Positions 51,920 to 64,000 of a DNA stretch of 64,000 bases are shown here, piece by piece. How positions within the stretch are numbered: the stretch's first letter is position 1; each line of letters opens with the position of its first letter. A model generated the notes under the pieces. It searched no databases, had not been told where the DNA came from, and saw nothing but the letters and a program-made list of their open reading frames with translations. A program made the translations under genes and the position numbers. This DNA comes from Octopus sinensis. Taxonomy: Eukaryota. The stretch is taken from assembly GCF_006345805.1 (NCBI RefSeq), contig NW_021833080.1, positions 25,691-89,690 on the forward strand, in the 5' to 3' direction.

Positions 51920-52332
51920 CGCAGGAGTGGCTGCGTGGTAAGTAGCTTGTTTACCAACCACATGGTTCCGGGTTCGGTCCCACTGCGTGGCACCTTGGGC
52001 AACTATGTGTCTTCAACTATAGCCTCGGGCCGACCAAAGTCTTGTGAGTGGATTTGGTAGACGGAAACTGAAAGAAGCCCGTCGTATATATGTATATATA
52101 TATATATGCGTGTGTGTGTTTGTGTGTCTGTATTTGTCCCCCTAGCATTGCTTGACAACCGATGCTGGTGTGCTTATGTCCCCGTTACTTAGCGGTTCGG
52201 CAAAAGAGACCGATAAAATAAGTACTGGGCTTGCAAAAAAAGAATAAGTCCCGGGGTCGAGTTGCTCGATTAAAGGCGGTGCTCCAGCATGGCCGCAGTC
52301 AAATGACTGAAACAAGTAAAAGAGTAAAAGAG
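51918..52332 (+). mobile_element. SINE family A, full length, inside (TA)n
   Basis: ggcgcaggagtggctgcgtggtaag head through the gtaaaagag tail. Confidence 0.9.
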
Positions 52333-53317
52333 TATATATATATATATATGATGTCACCTAACTTGAGATGACGTTTTCGTGTCAATCACGCCAATATGCA
52401 AATTATTGTTAAAGACATTCGTATAGAGATTTACAAAAAACTCTCTATTCAATGTCATTATACTCCAGTCAGAGATTACACAAAATAATGTAATTTTCGT
52501 AAAGACTGTTTATTGCACTCAAGTTTAAATAAAAGATTTCACTCGAGATATCGAGATGACGATCCTTTCTTTCATTCAGGCTGTTACATTAAAAACCGTA
52601 CACCAATAAACATTGCTTAAAAAATGCAGAAATATTACTTATGGATCGAGTGAGACACTAAGCTCGTGTTGAGTGTGTATTTTGTTTTGTTTTAACTCAA
52701 GCTGTTAACTAGTGTCAGCACAATTCATTTCACATGTTACTGGGTTAATGTTGTCCCAGTCTATCTATAGACATCTTGTTATTAATATGTAGACTGGGTC
52801 AACTAGTAGACCACAGTAAACAATCTAGAATAGATATCACATTGAATATGAAATAAAATAAATGTAAGCAACACCCTCGCCACCAACAAATCTTAACCGT
52901 CCCCGCGAAAGCAAGAAAAACAAAAATAAAAAAACAAGACAAAACAAACAAGACAATTAAACAAACGAAAAGAAACAAAACAGTACAAAATACAATAAAA
53001 TCTGTTGTTTGAGAAATTGGTTTCGTTGAAGAAAGAATAAGAAAAACATGTAAACCAAAAAGAATAACAAAACATCAGTCGTAATCTATATTCATGAACA
53101 CGTACTCACATATACACATATAACTATGTATACACATATGTGTAGCAGTATGTATATGTATGTATATATATATATATATGTATATGTGTGTGGACATATA
53201 TATATATAAGTATATATTTATATATGCAGTTAAAATTAGTTATATATATATATTATATATATATATATATATTATATCTGTTTCTCTCTCTCTGAATATC
53301 TATGCAGACATATATAA

Positions 53318-53366
<49 letters not shown>

Positions 53367-53659
53367 ATTATATATCTATATATTATACATGTATGTATAT
53401 ATGTCTACACGCATGTACATATGTTTCTCTGTGTGTTTGTATCCATGTATGTTTCTGTGTGTTGTGTACTACTATTTTCCACTGAAATACGTTCGTTCAT
53501 GAAACTTATTTTTAGTGTTAGGGAAAAAACACCAATTGAGTCCTGAGAAATCTCTGGAACAAAACAGATGCAAGAAATGCAAGCAAGGTGCTATCTGAAT
53601 GTCTCGATGAGTTTTACATGAGATAGTTACTCAGATTTTTATTTCGTGGATGTTCTTCC

Positions 53660-54229
53660 TCTGCACGATATTTTATCCAAAGCATACAGGCGGCCTGCCT
53701 TCCACTTTAGCTCTCAGTGCAAAGCAGCCAGGCAGCACTATATCTTCAACAATCTTATTTAGATCTTCCACAGTTGCTTGGATAGTAAGTTCTATCCCAT
53801 AGCCCCAATAGTCAAGTTTATTGGTTCTTGTGGCCTTTACTATCTTGGCCCGTCCTGCATGTTATACATTATGGTTGTCATGAGCCATGCCTCTTCCAGT
53901 TCAGGGGGTACTTGTCCTACTCGTATTCTAGCCACGCATTTGCCACAATACGACGGCAAAAGTATCCATTCCTCTGGGCGTATTGCCTCCGTTGCATGCT
54001 TAATTGTCTCCTCTTCCGACGTGAAGCGTACATCCACCGTGGCTTGCTTTCTTCTTCTCGTTCTAAAGACTATCAGCTTTTTCATGTTCTCTAATACTCT
54101 TTCTATTTCCTCCATAGATGCAACCTCTGTTTTTCTTGTCGAGATTCTCATTGTCTTGTAGGTGACAGTTCTCTTTACTATGCTGTTTGTCAGCTCAGTC
54201 CTTTCGTCACATAGTGCACATAATAACAC
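53660..54229 (-). pseudogene. Frameshifted ORF1-like remnant of an L1/Tx1-type LINE
   Basis: The 129-aa ORF continues after a frameshift as AKIVKATRTNKLDYWGYGIELTIQ...KVEGRPPVCFG*, resembling the VEGRPPxC lead-in to ORF1 zinc knuckles. Confidence 0.55.
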
Positions 54230-55188
54230 CTTGCAATTGGACTTAATTTTAAGAGTCCGATGTTTTGAAATTCTGTTTTAGTTCCTGCCAGCTTGGTATC
54301 AATATACATTCAGAGGGGAATATGTTTGATGGCGTAAGACATATCGATTAACATGGGGGCATGATGAGAAGGCCTCTGCCCTCCTGTCCTAGGCATAGAT
54401 AGACAGATTTAAAATTTCGAACTCTTTTGTTTATAGTGACATGTACGGCTATTGTATATGCTTTGCAGAAATTTTCCAATTTATCATGCAGATGCTTCTT
54501 CATGTTTCCCCGAGCTCCCATTAGTTCGACATTGATGTGGCGCTATACTTATTTCTGGACATAAACGAACAAGTTTCCTACGTTTATCTCGTTTTAAAGA
54601 TATTCTTTGTTAAACCGATGAACATACTTACAATACAGTATGTTAATTCTACTGCCTGTATTCTATTGCTTTTAAAAAGGATATTCTAGTCATGTCTCTG
54701 CTATCACAGCAATGTTGAACTTTTTCTTGAATTGTAACCATACAAACGCAGCTTACCTTAACTGAATTCTTGTTGAAAAATTTGTGATATCATTGTGAGG
54801 AGATGAAGTATTTTCTGACAGCGTAAGGACGATCCTATAAACACTTGTGGGACCCACCTTTAAACTATGAAGACAATTAAACAAAATTCTCTATTTTTAC
54901 TTTTGATATTACTTGATATCAGGTGTACTATGCTGGTGACTGAACAGGTCAGAATTACTATCATGGGAATTCCTGTGACAATACCAGTGATTCCTACATG
55001 TAGAAAACGCATAACCACATACTCCACTGTGTCCTACAGGGTATCATTCAAAGGTGATTTAGTGGTTAATTCTAGTAAGTCGAGTAATCAATTACAAGCT
55101 CGTTTATTAGATCGGCTAACACAACTATTGTGTACTAATTAGTGTATTAATGTCATTCTTTGCTTCGCTCTATCATGTTTGTTCATGC

Positions 55189-55266
55189 TATGAAATCCAC
55201 AGCATATGAAATCCACAGCATATGAAATCCATAGCATATGAAATCCATAGCATATGAAATCCATAA
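55189..55266. repeat. 16-bp tandem repeat tatgaaatcca(c/t)agca, about 5 copies
   Basis: Direct reading. Confidence 0.9.
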
Positions 55267-56237
55267 TCTTTTCATAGATTATGAAATCCATAATCTTTTG
55301 CGTAAAACCCTTGATTGGTTAATCTAATTTTGTCATATATTGTGAGCAGCAGATATAATTCAAAAATTCTACTCCTTCGTTGCTGCCAATGCATTTATTG
55401 TAAAGTTTATTTCTTTGTTTTGTAATAATCTTAATCGCGACTTCCAAACGTTCCCCATGGTATTGATGTTAATGCATATTTTATCAAAATGTAGACAAGT
55501 GAAATTAAATTTTTTTTCGATTTGCGCCACTTCAAATAAAATGTCAAAAGTATTATACAACACCATCAACTTTTAAAAAGTACTCATACATAAAAAAAAA
55601 GAAATAAAAGTAACACTAGCATTAAAATTGCTATAAAATAGGTTGGCAGCGTGCGTTAGAGGATTATACATACACTGTTGCGAGCATCAAAAACATGTTC
55701 TAGAGCTTTCAGGAAATGATCTTTAGAAACAGTTGGATAGAAATGTGATCATATCGAACTGAACTAAATAAATGTGTATCTTCGATACTTTAAGGTAACT
55801 CAGTAGTGGTGGCGCTACAATCACGATAAGATTGTTGTATGTCTTGTTTTTGTACTTAATCAGCCATAATGTGTTTACTGATCTATTACAAGTTTGATTT
55901 CGTTGACAAGTTTAGCTTTCTATTAGCTACGAAATTGACTAATGGTCCTTTAATATTATGTGAAATCTAACTGATTTGAAGCATTTTTAGCGATCTGCTC
56001 TTTTAAAATTTATTGCTAGAATTCGTAGTCTATTATACTTGTATATAGTTGGATGGGCTTGTCTTTCCATATCTATTTATTATGTAATTGAAAAGCAATC
56101 TATTCGTGGCATTCCTATCAACATTTAATTGCAGCTTGCACTTATATTCGAATTTACACCGATTCATAAATCTATGCTTAATGCGGTTCTGGAGATGTTG
56201 ATTATAATTATTAATGCTTTTTAATGGGTTTAAATAA

Positions 56238-56426
56238 GGCGCAGGAGTGGCTGTGTGGTAAGTAGCTTGTTTACCAACCACATGGTTCCGGGTTCAGTCC
56301 CACTGCGTGGCACCTGGGGCCAGTGTCTTCTACTGTAGCCTCGGGCCGACCAAAGCCTTGTGAGTGGATTTGGTAGACGGAAACGGAAAGAAGCCCGTCG
56401 TATATATATATATATGTGTGTGTGTG

Positions 56427-56457
<31 letters not shown>

Positions 56458-56677
56458 CGTGTGTGTGTGTATGTTTCTGTGTCTGTGTTTGTCACCCCAA
56501 CATCGCTTGACAATCGATGCTGGTGTGTTTACGTCCCCGTAACTTAGCGGTTCGGAAAAGAAGACCGATAGAATGATTACTAGGCTTACAAAGAATAAGT
56601 CCTGAGGTCGAATTGGTCGAATAAAGGCGGTGCTCCAGCATGGCCACAGTCAAATGACTGAAACAGTAAAAGAGTAA
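56238..56677 (+). mobile_element. SINE family A, full length
   Basis: Match to family A. Confidence 0.9.
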
Positions 56678-56733
56678 ACTTGAACTTGTATTCTGGATAG
56701 AGTAGTTATAGATTCCTCGATAGTTCAGCATTG

Positions 56734-56874
56734 GTATGTATGTATGTATGTGTATGTATGTATGTATGTATGTATGTATGTATGTATGTATGTATGTATG
56801 TATGTATGTATGTATGTATGTATGTATGTATACATGCATGCATGCATGCATGCATGCATGCATGCATGTATGTA

Positions 56875-56907
<33 letters not shown>

Positions 56908-56928
56908 ATGTACGTACGTACGTACGTA

Positions 56929-56977
<49 letters not shown>

Positions 56978-57022
56978 ATGCATGCATGCATGTATGTATG
57001 TGTGTGTGTATGTATGTATGTA

Positions 57023-57057
<35 letters not shown>

Positions 57058-57106
57058 ATGTATGTATGTATGTATGGATGTATGTATGTATGTATGTATG
57101 TATGTA
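56734..57106. repeat. (TATG)n/(CATG)n/(TG)n compound microsatellite
   Basis: Direct reading. Confidence 0.95.
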
Positions 57107-58849
57107 TTATGTAAGATATAGACTCTATCTCCATTCTATAGACTGATTTGGCTGGATTTTTCCGACCTCTAGGTTTCCATGTTGCATAAGCGACTGAAGT
57201 ACATATCTCAGGTCCTTGAACCGAACAAGAGTTTATCGGATTGTTGATACCCAAGTGGTGATGCAGATACACATATTGAATAAGAGGATCTGTATCTCGG
57301 CATGAATCACCTTGTTCAAGGACGCATCAACACTGCCCGCACCTGAAATCGAACCTGCACATAAGCACTACAAAATTTCTCAACACATGCAAGAGTATTA
57401 GCCCTGTCTGGCTCCCCCAGAGGCAGCAGCTGTATGGAATTCCCACGCGCCCAAACTTTTTCTACAGATGTCGATTGACGCAAGTTCAAATTTAACATCA
57501 ATAGCCAGATTTTCTGTGACGAGATGGAGGGCCTGGAAAGGTCATGCTGCGCTGCCCCTCCTGCTTCCGCATCTTTCTCCTCCTCATTCTGCACATCAAA
57601 CTAACTAACCAAAAAGCAAACTCGTTTTGTGTGCTTGTGTTTGTATTTCTATATGCTTGTGTGCATGTATGTGTGTATAGATATATATATATATATATAT
57701 TATATATATTATATATATATATATGTGTTTATATATATATGTAATATATATATATATATATATATGTGTGGTGTGTGTGGTAGGCATATGCATACCCACA
57801 CCTATATATACACGCACGTATATATAATGCATACGTACATACACATACACGCGCACACATATACATATATATTAAAATATGTATAACGAATGTTTATTTT
57901 GTAAATTACATGCACATACATACTTAAATTCATACGTACATCAACATACATAGATACATACATAGATACATAGACATACATACATCAAATATCGGCTTTG
58001 TTCACTGCTGGCAATCTAAAGTTTATGAATATAATTATTAATCAAAACATGAGCTGAGTCTTTCAGCTTAAAAGTTGGCTTCTCTGACGTAATTTCGTTT
58101 TTTGAATTAAGCGAAATTATTTGTTAATTGAAGGATTAATCAAGCCAACAAATTAACAGGATTAATGAAATGAAATCAAACTTAATATGTATTATTAAAA
58201 ACAATTGATAACACATGCTACAGAGACGTTTTAGTGTAAACCCAATGTATTTCGTTCGACGGGGCTTTTCGAATTTTCACATACTTTAAGGAAAATTTAT
58301 GGGTCATTGTTTTCATCAATTTTGACCTTCAAGGCCGTACTTTACGTCATGGCTCTCTGTTTCTTTGATCTTGTAATCAGTCAGACCTTCGACTGATTGC
58401 CGTTGTTTGTATACATGCGAGTGTGAGAGTGATAAGTTCGCGCCGTTTGGGCCTTTCGTCATATGTGTGCTACGTGACGAAAGTTAGAAGCTGGAAGCTG
58501 TGTGTCAATGATTTATATGAATATACTGTAAAATAGGGTAAATGAAAAATAGAAAAGAATAAAAGAAATCTTAATGATTATGTTAATATACAAGGTTATT
58601 CAAAAAGAATGAACCGATTTCATTACGCAAAATTTTACTAAAGAATAGCAATGGAAAACTCCAGCTAAGTCACAAGTATTTACTTACAATCAACTTTTAT
58701 TTTCTCTCTTACAAGTGTTCAATGTGGCCACTACCTGCAGCACAGGGAGAACATAATCGCGATCTTTTACATATCTCCACAAGAAAAAATCACACACGGT
58801 GAGGTCTGGGGATGTCGCAGGCCAAACACAGAGAGCGTCTGTCTGACTG

Positions 58850-58893
<44 letters not shown>

Positions 58894-59141
58894 ATAATAT
58901 ATATTATATATATTATATTTATATATATATATGTATACTTACATATGTATTTTATTTCTTTATTGCCTACAGGGGGCTAACCAGAAGGGGCAAACAAGGA
59001 CAGACAAAAAGGATTAAATCGATTACATGGACCCCAGTGCGTAAACTAGTACTTCTAATCGACCCCAAAAGGATGAAAGACAAAGTCTACCTTTGTATGC
59101 CTGTATGTATATATTATGCATATATACATAGACACACATAC

Positions 59142-59186
<45 letters not shown>

Positions 59187-59473
59187 ACACACACACACCA
59201 CACACTATATATATATATATATATGACAGTAAAAAATTGTGAAGCATGACTGTCACCACTACTACATGAACCTGAAGATTGCAGAATTTACTGCATGAAA
59301 GTACTAGTTCAATCAGAATGAACATTTAACATTCTATTATCGTATTTTATTTTATTATATTATATTATATTATATTATATCATTATAAGATTGTAAATAA
59401 AATGTGAAAATCAGACAAGGTTGGAATTCTTTTTATTAATATATTCTTCTATACACAATCACACACACCTGCA

Positions 59474-59586
<113 letters not shown>

Positions 59587-60047
59587 CTCTCTCTCTATAT
59601 ATATATGCGTACATGTGAGTGTAGGTGTACGTATGCATGTACAGGGCTGTAGATAATCTAGGACTGCTGCTGTGCTGATAGTGTCTATACAGGCAGAAAT
59701 CCATCCAGGACTCCTGTCCTCTAGTTTCCAGGCAATCATACTGCCTCCTTTATCGTAAGTTATTGTTGAACAAATTCTTGATTCTTAAAATCGTTGCCCC
59801 TTTCTCCTGTAGCAGTTTTAACGACCGTCACTCAGTGATCGTTGAATCTCTTCAGGAAGAGTTGACAATTTCAATAAATGGAAATTTTGTTCTTATTGTA
59901 TATTATTTAATAGGCCGTTGTTCGTTTTCGTTATTCGCATTCATGCTACTAATCATTTACATAAACACCTCATCCTTTCATACACACCGTTTCACTCACT
60001 CTCTCTCTCTCTCTCTCTCACACACATACCTAGTTATACATAATAAT

Positions 60048-60450
60048 ATTTCTACACTAGGCACAAGGATCGAAATTTTTGGTGAGGGGACCAGTGGATT
60101 GGATCGACCCCAGTACCAGTACACAACTGGTACTTAATTTATTGACCCCGAAAGGATAAAAAGTAAAGTCAACCTCAGCGGAATTTGAACTCAGAACGTA
60201 AAGACAGACGAAATACCTATTTCTTTATTAACCACAAGGGGCTAAACATAGAGGGGACAAACAAGGACAGACATAGGTATCAAGTCGATTACATCGACCC
60301 CAGTGCGTAACTGGTACTTAATTTATCGACCTCGAAAGGATGAAAAGTAAAGTCGACCTCGGCAGAATTTGAACTCAGAACGTAACGGCAGACGAAATAC
60401 GGCTACGCATTTCGCCCGGCATGCTAACGTTTCTGCCAGCTCGCCGCCTT
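60048..60450 (-). mobile_element. SINE family C, two modules
   Basis: Ends ctgccagctcgccgcctt. Confidence 0.85.
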
Positions 60451-60520
60451 ACGCACACAATAATATCTGCCTGATTGTACGTGTGTATGTATGCACACAC
60501 ATATATACAAATATTTTTTT

Positions 60521-60715
60521 ATTTTACTTGTTTCAGTCATTTGACTGCGGCTATGCTGGAGCACCGCCTTTAATCGAGCAATGCGACCCCGGGACTTATT
60601 CTTTGTAAGCCTAGTACTTATTCTATCGGTCTCTTTTGCCGAACTGCTAAGTAACGGGGACATAAGCACAGCAGCATCGGTTTTCAAGCAATGCTAGGGG
60701 GCAAACACAGACACA

Positions 60716-60786
<71 letters not shown>

Positions 60787-60954
60787 GACGGGATGGGCTT
60801 CTTTTCAGTTTCCGTCTACCAAATCCACTCACAAGGCTTTGGTCGGCCCGAGGCTATAGTAGAAGACACTGGCCCCAGGTGCCACACAGTGGGACTGAAC
60901 CCGGAACCATGTGGTTGGTAAACAAGCTACTTACCACACAGTCACTCCTGCGCC
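60521..60954 (-). mobile_element. SINE family A, full length
   Basis: Match to family A. Confidence 0.9.
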
Positions 60955-61466
60955 TATATATGAAAATAAACACAGATTTACATGAAGGTATATATAATCC
61001 ATTACTTTCTAAATATTTGGTGTTCACTCTTGAGTCCGATTGTTGATTGAAGCATTAATGACTGCAAAAAATTCAATAACTGGCATTGATGTTAAAATGT
61101 TGACAATTTACAATGGGTGACTGAGATATTATCGTTGAATTAATTAAGATAAATGCGGTTATTAACCTTAGTGGTTGTTTACCGTTGAAATCAAAGAGAG
61201 CACACCATAGAGGTCTAGACATGATGCTCTATCTTTTGTGCTTGACTCATTTGTTAGCAACTAGTGCAGCTCAATGTTTCAGAAATCTCACCACATACTC
61301 ACAGATAAGCTGCGTTCTATAACGAGATTCTTTATTTTTGCACATAGGAAAAAAAAGACAGGATTGTAATCTGCGGTCTATCTTTGATGTTGGGTTTGTC
61401 ATGAGGCTAACCTACAATTTACACCATGGGCTAAACAATAGCAATACAAGTAATACTTTAATAAGA

Positions 61467-61852
61467 GGAGGCGCAATGGCCCAGTGGTTTGGGCAGCGGA
61501 CTCGCGGTCATAGGATCGCGGTTTCGATTCCCAGACCGGGCGTTGTGAGTGTTTATTGAGCGAAAACACCTAAAAAAAGCTCCACGAGGCTCCGGCAGGG
61601 GATGGTGGTGATCCCTGCTGTACTCTTTCACCACAACTTTCTCTCACTCTTTCTTCCTGTTTCTGTTGTACCTGTATTTCAAAGGGCCGGCCTTGTCACT
61701 CTCTGTGTCACGCTGAATATCCCCGAGAACTACGTTAAGGGTACACGTGTCTGTGGAGTGCTCAGCCACTTACACGTTAATTTCACGAGCAGGCTGTTCC
61801 GTTGGTCGGATCACCCGGAACCCTCATCGTCGTAACCGACGGAGTGCTTCCC
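61467..61852 (+). mobile_element. SINE family B, full length
   Basis: 12-bp TSD with one mismatch: actttaataaga 61455-66 and actttagtaaga 61853-64. Confidence 0.9.
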
Positions 61853-62333
61853 ACTTTAGTAAGAATAGCAGCGGTTTACCCGATGTCATCAAAATGAAGT
61901 TTTTATTTTAATGAAGCTATAAGATATTGTCTGCTCTATGGATGCATTGCTATTCATAGTAGGAACATCTTTAAAATACCGTAGGTGATTACGTGACTCC
62001 CGTTCGTTTGTCATTTATCAATTGATATTACAATCTGTACTCTATATGATCGAAGTATTACGCTGACATAAGTTGTACTGAGGTCACATATGAGAACTGA
62101 GAACTTTTAAGTGCAGTAAAACAGCATGGGCGCTGTCCAATGATGGAGATGAAACTGTATCCGTGTGCACGTAGATTAGAGTATGTATGTATGTAAGTAT
62201 GTATGCATGCATGTATGAATGTATGAATGCATGAATGAATGTTGTTTTTATGTATGTATATACCTATCTATCGGTCTACCTTTCTGTCTGTCTATCTGTC
62301 TATGCATGTATTTATGTGTCTGTCTGTCTCCTC

Positions 62334-62421
<88 letters not shown>

Positions 62422-62428
62422 GTCTGTC

Positions 62429-62500
<72 letters not shown>

Positions 62501-62963
62501 AGTTAAATTGTCTGTATCTCTCTCTCTTTATATAAATATATATATATATATATAGATAGATAGATATAGATATGTATATATATACATACATACACATATA
62601 CATATCAGTGTGTGTGTGTGTGTCTCTGTGTACTTATATGCATATATACATAGTTTTTAGAAGTGTGCATGTGTGTGTGTGTAAGTGTGTGTGTTTATAC
62701 TAACATAAGAACTGACGGAGACAAGCAGACATTCATGTACACGTGGAATCATTAAAATTCTAGGGTAGATTCTGGCCACGATTGGAGAACACTTGTCTTA
62801 AGTGTATAGATAAAACATGAAAGAACAAGAATAGCAGATATATATATATATATTATATAATATATATGTATATATATATGTATATTCATATATATTATAT
62901 ATATATATATTATATATATATATATATGTGTATATATATATATATATTATATATATGTATATA

Positions 62964-63008
<45 letters not shown>

Positions 63009-63095
63009 CCATATATACTATACATATATATATTATATATATATATATATATATACATATACATACTACACAAACACACCCACACATATAGATAT

Positions 63096-63144
<49 letters not shown>

Positions 63145-63267
63145 CATATATATGTATTTACAAGCATAGATTCACGTGCAAACAATTTGAAAAAAAATTC
63201 ATTTCTCATAAATATAAACGACACACACACTCACACATATTTACATACACATCTTTATGTGCACACG

Positions 63268-63417
63268 CATGTGGGTAAATAGCTTGCTTACCAATCACAT
63301 GGTTCAGGGTTCAGTCTCACTGCGTGGCACCTAGAGCAAGTGTCTTCAACTATAACCTTGGGCTGACGAAATCCGCATGAATAGATTTGGTAGACGGAAA
63401 CTTAAAGAAGCCCGTCG

Positions 63418-63484
<67 letters not shown>

Positions 63485-63635
63485 TATATATATCTTCGTA
63501 ACTTAGCGGTTCCGCAACAGAGAACGATAGTATAAGAATTAGACTTATGACGAATAAGTCCCGAGGTCGATTTGTTCGACTAAAGGCGGTGTTTCAGCAT
63601 GGCCGCAATCAAATGACTGAAACAAATAAAAGAAT
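63268..63635 (+). mobile_element. SINE family A, diverged
   Basis: Match to family A. Confidence 0.8.
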
Positions 63636-63639
63636 ATAT

Positions 63640-63785
63640 ATTATTTACATTTGACGGATATTTGTCGTCATCTTGTTTGTTATTAACACAACGTTTCGGC
63701 TGATATACCCTCCAGCCTTCTCAGGTGTCTTTGGGAAATTTCTCATTCCTAAGGTATTTTTTGATGTTATTGTTATTATTATTAT
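63640..63785 (-). mobile_element. Third copy of the 33.2-33.5 kb hammerhead-like mini-element
   Basis: Minus strand acac-CTGA(-)GA-a-ggctg gagggtatat cagcc-GAAACGTT-gtgt, then (ATT)n on the plus strand. Confidence 0.75.
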
Positions 63786-64000
63786 TTATGAATGAAGTCG
63801 AGTAGACGGAAATCGTTAGGAAACTTGGCGGATGGATCGAGCCCGTTACTGAATGAAAGATTCGTTTCGGACGCTAACTCGGTGTGAGAACTAAATGAAA
63901 TATCGTTCTGTAGAATTCTCAGCAGCTTGGTCTTTAAAGTTTAAAGGTAATACGGTTTAATCGAACAAACAATTTAAGGTTTATCGTCGAAACTGAAGAA

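Noticed and set aside
57316-57594. 92-aa minus-strand ORF as a gene or RT fragment
   Set aside because: No recognisable motif; the region contains B-box-like ggttcgatttc and CORE-like gtccttgaacaagg, more consistent with an old SINE

Overview
Repeat-dense, AT-rich animal genomic DNA, most likely cephalopod (octopus-type, judged from recalled SINE families and not database-verified). No host exon, rRNA, true tRNA or CRISPR array is supportable, and nearly all ORF-track entries are microsatellite or SINE read-throughs. The window holds several tRNA-derived SINE families (here A, B, C, E), L1/Tx1-type LINE fragments sitting in (TATC)n, two HERO-type RLE retrotransposon 3' ends, non-autonomous Helitron-like elements and many microsatellites. 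The standout is 23,623-29,496: a non-coding tandem array of a ~596-bp unit in which every complete unit carries a type I hammerhead ribozyme fold with an unusually long stem II (9 complete copies, 7 matching the consensus core and stem I). The array flips orientation at a near-perfect palindrome centred on the ribozyme's TTTCGAAA core, and both ends run into (AT)n. This resembles a retrozyme or Penelope-pLTR type system. Further, unrelated hammerhead-like motifs occur at 33.2-33.5, 36.85, 45.83-45.96, 46.5-47.1 and 63.7 kb, two of them also as divergent inverted pairs.
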